A DNA stretch of 64,000 nt from Polymyxa betae A26-41 (lineage: Eukaryota; Protista; Endomyxa: Phytomyxea), in contig RBZT01000312.1 in NCBI GenBank assembly GCA_003693705.1, positions 186,001-250,000 on the forward strand, written 5' to 3'. The position numbers were made by a program, and so were the translations under genes. How positions within the stretch are numbered: position 1 is the stretch's first letter; the number at the start of each line of letters is the position of its first letter. Shown in pieces: positions 1 to 10,106 of this stretch. The notes under the pieces are model-generated. The model was given only the letters and a program-made list of their open reading frames with translations, was not told the DNA's origin and searched no databases.

Positions 1-83
1 TGTATTCAGGGTGATAACGCAAGCTCAAGTTCAATCCATGCAAGATTTACAATATCAATAATGTAAAATAATAATAATAATAT

Positions 84-1104
84 TTATGGTTTAATAGCAA
101 TCGCTTTGATAAGCTCTTCGATTCCAGAGAGTAGCACTTCCGGATCGTGGTCGTTTTCGATATTAGCCATGGTCGCCTCCCGAGTCTGAATCAATGCCTC
201 CTGGGCATCGTCATCAAACTTCTCGCCACGATCATGCAACTTCTGCAGCAGCAGCACGATTTGTTCGTGGCAATCGGTGTCATCGATTTCTCTGAGACAT
301 TTAACAAGCAAAGAAGGCAGGTCTGAAAACGAAATCAGCTGAGTTGTTCGTAGAAGGTTATCTAGCAAACCTTGACCAAGAGCGCTCGGTTTTTCAGCTT
401 CTATGAAAGACATCAGATTAATGGCCCTTCTTAATACTCGTAAATTCGAATGGCTCGAGAGCGTAGCTAATAACGAATCTAAATATTTGGGATTCGAGAT
501 GAATGCATCAAAGGCGCCAGGAAGCGCTTTCACCAAACCAGAAATCGCCCAAAACGCTTTGGATTGGAGCTTCTCTGAGCTCTTCTGCTGGAATAGGTCG
601 AACAGAAGAGCGAACCATTTCTCGTTGCTCATGAGGGCTTCACTAAATATTGGGTTGTTGGGAATGCAAATACCAATCAGGTTCAATGCTGATACTTGGA
701 TCTCTTCGTTGTCCATAGCGATATACTGGAAAGTTTTTTCCAGGCCACCGATTTTAGTCAAATCTACGAAATGATTGACAACAGATCGTGAATAAGCAAA
801 CAAAATGATTTACCATTGGCGTTATGTGTTAGTTCACACATATATTCCAGATCGCCCAAAATATCAAGACGTCGATCGTCATCGGCCTCATCTAACTCCT
901 TCAAAAGCTTTATCATGCGATCCACTTCCTTCTCTTCGCCAAACAGAGCCTTGAACCATTTCTGATCCTGATTTCGAGTAACCATATAACCATATCACGG
1001 GAAAAGCACCATACAATTTGCCCCGGTTGCATCAATGGTCGTGCGGCGGGTGTTTCATCAGAAGTGGATACTTTCGTAGCCCAATTCAGCAGAGCAGTTT
1101 CCAT
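84..1104 (-). CDS. Hsp70 nucleotide exchange factor, Fes1/HspBP1 family (3 exons)
   Basis: N-terminus METALLNWA, then DQKWFKALF...LGDLEYMCELTHNANDLTKIGG followed by ARM-like repeats (QSKAFWAISGLV). ORF fragments join through short GT-AG introns. Confidence 0.8.
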
Positions 1105-1365
1105 GATCTCTCAAATTTCCAGCCGATGAAACAGATAATGGAGTTCTGCGCAATTTGTTGGCAGATTAATGTCACACGATCCTTCCTAGGAACATTCTCG
1201 GACGTTGCATTCAAAGAAAAATCTCATCTTTGACATGTTTCAACGCTAACGTATTAGATCATAGGAAACTTTATTGTCATCGGATAATGCATGATTCGCT
1301 TATTTGTGACGGCTACCTTCAGCCATGGTTTTATGAGTATGAAGTAACGTTGAAACCAGAAAATA

Positions 1366-1438
1366 CGCTTGGTGACGCAGTTGGCAGCGTGCTGGGCCCA
1401 TAACCCAGAAGTCCCAAGATCGAAGCTTGGCCGAGCGA
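1366..1438 (+). tRNA. Initiator tRNA-Met (CAT)
   Basis: Cloverleaf: acceptor CGCTTGG/CCGAGCG, D-stem ACGC/GCGT, anticodon arm CTGGG-CCCATAA-CCCAG (three G:C pairs, C33), T-arm CCAAG-ATCGAAG-CTTGG (A54). A T-run follows. Confidence 0.93.
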
Positions 1439-1448
1439 TTTCTTTTTT
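1439..1448 (+). terminator. RNA Pol III terminator (T-run) of the tRNA gene
   Basis: TTTCTTTTTT directly after discriminator base A1438. Confidence 0.75.
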
Positions 1449-1649
1449 CGCCTTAAAAAGGTGTAATACATTTTTGTTGTGATTCAATAATAGTGTTTAC
1501 GGTACATGGATTCAAAACGACATTAGCACGATTGTTCTTGCCTTCTTGCCTGTCTTGAAAATATAACAAAAACCGGCTGATTTTATATCTGTAACTGTAC
1601 GCTTTGATCGGCTCTAATCCAACAACTTGTTTTGCAAGCCCTGTATAGA

Positions 1650-3167
1650 ATGGGTAGAAATGAGTTCGCCATCCAGAAGGAGCGGGAACGAGATAACATG
1701 GTCGCTAAATACAAAAGGATCGAAGATGCGAATTTAAAATTGATGAATCGTATCCAATGGGAGCACTCGACTCAAGATGTCATTCAAAAGAGCAATATCA
1801 CCCGAATTGCTCAACGACTGGAGACACAGCGTGAAGAAAGGCTTGAGAAGCGCCGTATGCGGTTAACAGAGTTGCTGGCGGCCGACGATGCCCAACTGAA
1901 AAAGGAGCTCAACGCGTTAACCGAAACTCCACAGGAACGAAGAGCCCGACTTCAGGAGAAGGCAGCTCAGCTAAAGCATGACAAGGAACAAAAGAGGCTC
2001 GAATTTGTGGAAAAGCAGCTGAGACGGCAATTTCGAGCGAATACTGACGAGCTACGATCCGCTGGCGATAAAAAGCTGATGAAGTTATGTGAAAGAGATA
2101 GACGACAACAGATTGAGCGGAAGGCGATTGCTAAGGCATTCGAGGAAATGGAAAAGGAGAAATGGGAACAATTATGGCAGCAAACAATAGAAGAACAAGT
2201 TCAAAGAGAAGCCCAAGAATCGGAGGAGAAGAAGAAAATCGATGCGATGACATACGACGAAATCGGAAACCAACTGGAAGCAATTCGGGCAGAAAGGCAA
2301 AACCAGAAAGCGATAAAGGAAATAGAGGCTCAAGAAAGTCTTCGAATAATGAGGGAGGAAGAAGAAAAAGAGAAAGAAAGGCACCAGCGGTATTTTGAGA
2401 AAGCTGCAGCACAACGTGCCGAAATCGAGCGATACAACAGCGAAGTTCAAGCCAAAAAATCCGAGGAAGCTCTTCGGAAAGAACGTGATGGGCCTGAGAT
2501 CTCAAGCCTTCCGGCGCTGATGGCAGAAACTGAGGACAACGTGCTCGAGCGTAAAAAGCAGTTGGTCGGCGACATGCGCCAGTTCCTGGCCTATCGGCAG
2601 GAGCAGCAGCGCCAGTCACAGCAGCGCGAGACCGAACTGGAGTCGCTTCGCAAAGCCGAGCTGGAGCGACTGGCTCGACGCCAGGACTTGGTCTGGCAGA
2701 AGGAGCAGCTCGCTAGAGAGAAGCTCATGAGAGAAGTGATCGAGACCAGACAGATGCAACTCCTTGAGAAAGGTCAGACGTGGTTACATTACACACATTT
2801 CGAAGACATGTTACGTTACCGAGGGCTGCTCCACTGTTTGATGCCATCTCAGATTCATTCTGTCTATTGGCTTCTCTAATGTTTATTATTTGTAGCCGAG
2901 ATGCATCGTCGGGAGCGAGAGCTGCAGAACGTCGAAGGGTCGGCCTGCATCCTAGCCCAGTCCGAGGACCCGGAAGAAGCGGTGGCTGCACGCCGTGCCG
3001 ATTTCGCCGAAGCGCTGAAGAGACAGATCGCCGAACGACAGTTCCATGCTGAAATGGAGCGTGCCGCACGCCATTACGACACATTAGAGGCTCAAATCGC
3101 AGAACAAGAATATCAGAAGCGTTTGCGGGCTGAAATCGAAGCTGATGAAGCGAAATTGCAAGTTTAG
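1650..3167 (+). CDS. Cilia/flagella coiled-coil protein, CFAP53 (CCDC11)/TPH-domain-like (2 exons)
   Basis: Long E/K/R/Q-rich coiled coil (RLEKRRMRLTELLAADD...ETPQERRARLQEKA...RQFRANTDELR). Intron 2773-2895 (GT..AG) joins the two ORFs in frame. Confidence 0.7.
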
Positions 3168-3202
3168 GTAAAAATAAAACGGCTGTTGACAGACTCAAAC
3201 AA

Positions 3203-3651
3203 ATGGCGGTACCGACCGATTTAGTTACGTGTTGACTCAGCTTGCTAGTGCACGCGCGCCTAACAACCAAGTTTGTCAGACGTAAAAACTTTCAGATCCG
3301 GACGAGGTTGAGGATGTGCATTCGATCCGTATGTCCAACATGTACGCATTACATCTGGGAAGGTAATGGACATTTGCTAAATAAATTTATCTATCATGTG
3401 GAATAGGTTGTGTGTACGTGATTGTTCAAGATTTGAAAGCGAGAGACAACATTTCTGTCAGTTTACCAGCAGGGCTACATCGCTTTGACGTTCTGCGACA
3501 CATTCCAATGACGAAGCGATGCCAATGCGATCGGTTGTTGCGTTCGCCGACGGCTCTGGAGCGATCTGTCCCTCATCGCAGCCTGAATCGGCTACCTGGG
3601 ATTCCGCGAATCATGTTCACAGATGAAGAGCTATTGGAACTGGTTCAGTAA
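3203..3651 (+). CDS. Small hypothetical protein, about 117 aa (3 exons)
   Basis: Exons 3203-3228, 3280-3362 and 3407-3651 join via 51- and 44-nt GT-AG introns into one open frame of 354 nt. No recognised family. Confidence 0.55.
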
Positions 3652-3654
3652 ACT

Positions 3655-5266
3655 TTATATACCCGAGTTAAATCGCTCTCTGATCACTCTGGCAATGACA
3701 GCGTTTCTATCCATCGACAATTCCCAAAAAAAAACACCTTTCAAGAATCGATATTAGAGCTAAATCTGGATTCAGGCGATATCCAACCTGCTAATCGATT
3801 GTCCCGAATCCAATCCGCTTTTCGTGCAACAGAATGGATTGTTTCAGCTGAAACCCACATCTTCTTATGTGGATGCCAGAAGCTGGTCGCTCCGCCAGCT
3901 TGTTCATGAATCTGCTGCTGATATGTGTGAATCTCTGCTATCAAGGCATCGTGATCGACGATGCCGTCGTGCTCTGGAATTGAACCAAACTTGCAGCCAA
4001 TTACGGGCTGTTCAACTTGAGCGAACGCGCGGCCGTATAGAGGAATCCCGATACAGAGTTTCTCAGGAGGCATTCCTCGAAGAATGTACTCTGCTCGTAA
4101 TCAGTTGATGAGCGATCATAACATTGATTTCCGACCCTGGACAGCATTAGTGATTAACGGGACTAACGGTGCATGATGGCCGATCTCTTTCGACCAGGGT
4201 CCTGAGGCGTCCTATGACCAATTACTGAAGTGAAGATCATAGATCACTTTATACGTAGCACATGATGTTGCACCAATCAAGGACGTCACGAAGGCGATCC
4301 AATTGAAGATGTTTGTAGCTCCATTCGCATGCTGATGTCGCCATCGTGATGAGGTAGGGTCGCCGGCGCTGAAATCGGGCAGCGACCTCGGTCAAATGCT
4401 GCCGCAACACGGCCAAAAATTCGGTGAGATTGACGCCATCGTGCTCCGACACTTTATTCTTATCGGCGCCTTTAACGCATGGATACTCCCAACTAATCAG
4501 TATTAGCCAACCCTAAGCAATTCAATACGACCCATACTCGATATCGACTCCATCGAACCCATATCGCACAACAAATTCAGCGATACTCTGAGCGAATCGA
4601 TGCCGAGACTGGGGAGTCGCTACAGCGTCGCTGAACTCTGAACAATATCGATTTTAGATACTAATATCGCTTAGGAAAGCAAGTTTACTATCAGAATCCA
4701 GCCATCCTCCGATTGCTATCAATACTTGAATATTGACATTTCTTTCACGAACCGGACTGGATGCACCATTGAACATTGCAATCAGACCTTTGTAAGTTCG
4801 TTGGGAGCCATCAGGACCCGTTAATTCGAATAATTTCTGAACATCGGCAAATTCATCACCATGATCTGATCAGCAGCATTATCGAGGAGTTCTCAGCCCA
4901 GCAGCTCATACCGATCTGAAGCTGGTCATTGATCTTGGCAAACGCCTGAGTAAACCATGAGCTTTATTAGGCCATTTGCGAAGACGACGATTACATAATT
5001 GATATGGGTCAAATTCTCAGCTTGGATATCTGAAGGTAGATAGGGCTCCCTGCCTTGTGCATCACAACCATAGCATCGCCACGATGCATAATACCCGATC
5101 TGCAACTTCTCGGCCCCATACCGCTGCATTTCCCGCCTGCCGCTATCCGGTTTCTGAAGAATGGCGGTATCCAGCCAAGAACTTAGGCGACCGATCCCTC
5201 AACTGACTCTGTGATGGAGCTAGTAACAAGTGATGCTGGAGCCTTCTTCATCGCTTCGTGACCCAT
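3655..5266 (-). CDS. Glycoside hydrolase family 18 chitinase (multi-exon)
   Basis: GYYASW, LTHINYAFA, LIAIGGW, spliced FDGVDI|DWEYP catalytic motif, NIMCYD, IGIPLYGR, terminal FFWELSMD. Start is ATG 5266 (via a 38-nt intron) or ATG 5129. Confidence 0.9.
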
Positions 5267-5878
5267 CCTGTTTGATAAAGAGTAAAGATATTTATAGCGT
5301 TGCAATTACGAACAGGTTAGTTAATGAAAATAAACTTCATGATTCTGCTTGAGGATATTGTCAATGACAACAGGCCACGGAAAAAGAAACGAGATTGTGA
5401 TTTCAAACCAGGGTGAAGGCCAAATTTTATCGCCACAATTCAAATAAACTGCCACGATTACCAAGCATTACCTCTCTGCGACTCCAGCTTTATCAAAATC
5501 GGTCTTTCGCGTAGATCTCAAAATATGTTTCTTCATCGAATAATTGAGAAGTTCAGCGATAGCATGCTAGATCGTTATAGTGGCCGGGCAAGTTTTTCGT
5601 TTGGTCTTAAATGCTGAACTCAAGTAATGTCAAATCCTCAAACAGAGATGGAAGCGAAATCTAAGATCGCAACGACAAGTACACTGAATAAAAGCGAATC
5701 GAATTTAAACGGAGAGAACTTAGTAAATAACCAGTGGAGACTGTTAGAAAGAAGCAGAGCTGAGATTTTAATGGTATCGACATAGGCTGAATATCTTGGA
5801 ATAGGTTTTCATAGGGTTTCAGCGAATATAGAAGATGGATTGACTAGATTTAAGCTACCTTGTGCAAAGAAGAATTCA

Positions 5879-6649
5879 CTATAAGTTGAGATTTACAGAT
5901 GGACCACGATGGATGGAGAACGGCCCAAATCCCTGACAAGTCGGCATTAGTTCTAACAAGTTGATGTTGATATGTTCTGGCTGAGTCGCGACCCAATACA
6001 CGACATTAGCGATATCGTTAGCGGTCAAAGCCTGAGTTCCTTCATACACTGCCCGAGCCCGATCGACATCGCCTCCGAATCGAACCTGAGAAAATTCGGT
6101 TCCAGAACAGAGCCCAGGAGCTATTGTCGTCGCCCGAACACCAGTGCCCAATAGATCAGCACGAAGATTATTCGTAAACTGATGCAGAAACGCTTTCGAT
6201 GCTCCATAAACGGAAGATCCAGGATAGGGATAGATGGCAGCTACCGACCCCATATTAATAATTAAGCCTTTCTTGTTCTTGACCATCTCAGGTAGCAGCA
6301 ATCGAGTAATCGTCGCAGCACCAACACAGTTCGTCTCGATCATTGTCTTCCATTGCTCTAACATTGTCTCATGGGCCGGCTCCAAACCTAACGCCAGACC
6401 AGCGTTATTCACCAAGACGCTAATCGGCAAGCACGACGACGGAATCGCGGCTAGCCCCGACTGAATCGAATCGATGCTGGTCACGTCCATCGTGCATACA
6501 TACAGGCGATCCAGCTCAGCATCCGCCTGTAGCTGTTCAAGCAACTGAGTTCGTCTAGCGGCCGCGATAACATTGTGTCCAGCCCGAGCGAATCTCTCAG
6601 CAATCGCCCGACCGAAGCCAGAGCTGGCACCGGTCACTAGAACGTTCAT
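5879..6649 (-). CDS. ydfG: NADP-dependent 3-hydroxy acid/serine dehydrogenase, YdfG-type SDR (intronless)
   Basis: VLVTGASSGFG, VLVNNAGLALGLEPA, YGASK catalytic motif, GTEFSQVRFGGD, PEHININLLELMP. Colinear with bacterial YdfG as I recall it. Confidence 0.85.
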   Translation of the reverse strand: MNVLVTGASSGFGRAIAERFARAGHNVIAAARRTQLLEQLQADAELDRLYVCTMDVTSIDSIQSGLAAIPSSCLPISVLVNNAGLALGLEPAHETMLEQWKTMIETNCVGAATITRLLLPEMVKNKKGLIINMGSVAAIYPYPGSSVYGASKAFLHQFTNNLRADLLGTGVRATTIAPGLCSGTEFSQVRFGGDVDRARAVYEGTQALTANDIANVVYWVATQPEHININLLELMPTCQGFGPFSIHRGPSVNLNL

Positions 6650-6805
6650 AACTATGAGTGAATAAAGGCATTGCTTCTGGCACAGAGCGGCACTTCCTAT
6701 CACGATTTAAGTGATGACATGTAAAGCTCACTCAGCAAACCCTAGCTCAATGTAGAGATAGAGCCAGCGATCGGAAATATAATTTTGTATTGAGACGACT
6801 GGAAA

Positions 6806-7502
6806 TTATTTGGCGGCTTTCTTGGCCAGCTCGACTTCGGCCTTCTCCTTGGAGCGCTTGGCACGCTGTCCCCACATCTTGGCGGTCATCTTCTCCTTCT
6901 GCATGATAGCATGAGAAGACTGTTCGCGCTCCTCGGCGGTGATGGCGCGAGCCTTGGGGATGACACGACCAGATGGTAGACCCAACAAGATCTTGCTGGA
7001 CACCTGCTTGGCCTTGGCCAGAGCATCTGGGGTTGAGTCGCCCTGTCTGTATTTCTTCGAGCCCGAGTGACGCGGGAACACGACCAGCTTGGCCTTGTAA
7101 GTACGAAGGCGGGCAACCTGAGCTAAATCTTTAGAAAGTGCGATCTAAAATCATGAAAATTCGCTGTACGTTAAGTTCGAAGGCTTCCTGAGATCGGTTC
7201 TTGCGGCGGTAATCAACAGCGATACCGACACCGAGAGCGGCTTTCTTCGAAACACCGACAGCCTTCAGCTCATCAAGAGTGAATCCCTTGCCGGCACGGA
7301 TTTTGGTGTTGTATTTAACGGTCTGGCCACGAACGGCAGGACGAAGCAGATTGACCGGGCGAGGCGCTACTTTCGCGGCCTTGGCCTGGCGGGCGACGCG
7401 CCGGGCGGATTTCTTCGCTGGCTGGTCGAACCATGTCTTAACATACTTCTTCCAGTCCTTGTGGAAGTGCTGGTTCGGGACCTGGTTGTTGTGCTTGACC
7501 AT
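6806..7502 (-). CDS. RPL13: 60S ribosomal protein L13 (eL13), 2 exons
   Basis: [17 protein letters not shown]...VKTWFDQP...[12 protein letters not shown]...VDYRRKNRS. Intron 7118-7169. Confidence 0.97.
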
Positions 7503-7943
7503 GGCGACGGCGACCTTACAACAACGATCAGAACAATTGAAGACGCCTATCTGAAGCCCGTGGCGGACTCCGTGTTTCTCGCAATAGCGCCCAACTCCAT
7601 ATATAATTCCGAAAATCTTGAAAATATCATCGAAATTTTTTACACATCTCAATCTTCAACGTTTTTTCAGCTTAGACATTTGGGCGATTAACTGTCTCAA
7701 ACGAACTGTATTAACGATCGGAATTCGTATCATATCAAAATATAAAAGCGTTTGAATATTTTGCTATCTCATAACGAGTTGATCGACTTAAGCTCAAAAT
7801 GGCTTCGATAATTATTAGTGGAAATAGAAAGGGAAGTATGTTATAGGTAACATTAACCGGAGGCCTATGAGAGACGGGAACGTAATCGGTCATGTTTAAA
7901 CTGAAGGGGGTGGCCTGTCACTCTATCATAGAACAGACCAATT

Positions 7944-9921
7944 ATGGTCATTTCCAGACTCTTTCTGCCACATCTATTACGGCGACGGTCGTCGCCCAGG
8001 CTGCTAGGCCTGGCGCCCATCGCTAGACGCTGTTTTTCTGTGAAAAATAACTCACCGCTCTTCATCCCTGATCGGATCGAAGACGCCACCGGGTGGATCC
8101 CGAGGGGAGCGGCAATTCGTCGGTATTGCTTAGATGAATCAGACCTGAAGGATATGGAGCACATGGAAAAGGTTAGAATCAACGTGGTTATGTAATCAAA
8201 CTGTTTATTTGTTGGCAGCCGAACCCTTATATGCCTTCATCGAACGAAGTTATGCGATTGTAAGGTGGTTTCTTAGCTTTTCTATGAATGCATATTTAAT
8301 GCTACCAGATATCGGCATCATGACGTCTACGCCAAAGCTATCCAAAAATATGGTTCCATGGATGCCGTTGCTAACAAGGTATTATTGTTTCGCTTTAAGA
8401 ATGGTTGATGAATGATCCATATCAGGCCGCAGAAGATCATAGGAAATTAGTAGAATGGCTACATTCACATTCTGCTCCAGCAAAACAACAGAATGAATCT
8501 CCTAAAGATCGCCGTCTGCCTGCCCGTTTAGATGTCTGGGCCAGAACGTTTACGACTAACCCAGGTTCCAGCGAGAAGGTGGTTCTAGTGGCAATTCTAG
8601 GAAACTTCACTGTTTCCCTGTCTAAATTGATGGCATTCTGGTTTACCGGTTCGGCTTCGATGCTATCTGAGGCTATTCATAGCATCGCTGATTTAGCTAA
8701 TCAATGCTTACTTGCTGTCGGCCTTAGGTAATGAGATTCGATTGTTTCATATTTGCATTGCTAAGGCTTTAATACAGTGAATCGAACAAGACGCCCGATG
8801 CCCTGCATCCCTATGGATATGCGAGTGAAAAATATGGTTGGACTAATCGGCTCGTTCTAATGAGGGCTGAAAGTTCGTCCAGTTTGGGCTCTAATAAGTG
8901 GTGTCGGAATCTTCTTTTTGGGATGCGGTGTCAGTCTTTATCATGGTATTCATGGAATTATGCATCCTATTGAAATTGCCTACCATCCAATCACTCCCGC
9001 TGTTCTGGGGTTCTCTTTTCTCGTCGAGGGTGCTACGTTCATGGTCGCCCTGAAGGAAATTCAAAAAGCTGCCGAACATCTGGAAATGACAACATGGCAA
9101 TATATAAGGAAAGGCCCTGATCCCAACACTGTTGCCGTAAGTGCTCATGGATTTCATTCTTCGCATTGAACTTATTGTCATAGGTACTTGCTGAAGATGC
9201 TGCTGCTGTTTGTGGGATTGTTGTTGCCAGTGGATGTATAGCTGCTACTCACTTCACCGGGGTCATTAACTTGCTTTTGATTTCGTCATCCATCACTAAG
9301 TTTTATATCAGCTTGGAATCTTTGATGCCGTCGGATCAATTACTGTCGGCGGGTTGCTTGGTGTAGTGGCCATGTTCCTTATCAGGAAGAACCACGAGTA
9401 TTTACTAGGACGCTCAATTCATCCATCGTAATCTAATAACTGCTTATGTTCTCCATCTCTCACAGTGCACTATGTAGGTATACAGAAAAAGTGCTCAAGA
9501 TCTTGCATGAGAGCACAGTCATCAGTTCAGTTCACGACGTTAAGGCCGTCTTCCTCGGGCCGGATGCATTTAGGTTTAAGGCCGAAATTGTCGTTAATGG
9601 CCAAACGTTATCGAGGTTGTTTCTGGCTCATCAACATAACTCCGTATTGAAGTAGGAGGTTGATTTCATTCAATGCAACCTTCTGACAGAACGGAGTGCT
9701 GGTGCAGATTTTCCTTCACCGATTCTTCCCCGTACTCAAGCTGAGCTAGAAGCGACTTTGATTGAATTCGGGGATCACTTGGTCCACTTTCTGGGAGACG
9801 AAATTGACCAGATTGAGGCAGAAATTAAGCGGACGGTAGTTATCCCTCATGCTATCAGAATCGTTCTTAAATCAATTCTTAGGTTCCCGAAATCAAACAT
9901 GTCGATCTAGAGATTATCTAA
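7944..9921 (+). CDS. SLC30A9: Zinc transporter ZnT9/SLC30A9-like cation efflux protein, probably mitochondrial (multi-exon)
   Basis: Arg-rich presequence, RYCLDESDL N-terminal segment, SASMLSEAIHSIADLANQ, HPYGY, GCGVSLYHG, GPDPNTVAVLAEDAAAV, HDVKA...FRFKAEI, C-terminal KHVDLEII. Confidence 0.88.
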
Positions 9922-10106
9922 TTTAAATCGACCTTGTAGGGGTTGTTGTCGGAAATCTCGAGTCGGACAATAATGACGTTTCTGGTTTAACAACGTGAGG
10001 GCATTGATTCGTCCTTCTTGGGCTGTTTAACTTAGTTACCCTGTTATACGAATATACCAATCTAATAATACTCTATTATATTATAACTATCAACAATCCA
10101 TGGTAT

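Noticed and set aside
2773-2895. Unusually long intron (123 nt) as a possible snoRNA host
   Set aside because: No convincing C/D or H/ACA box arrangement seen.
5290-5870. Possible small gene between chitinase and ydfG
   Set aside because: Only short ORF fragments; I could not build a consistent model.
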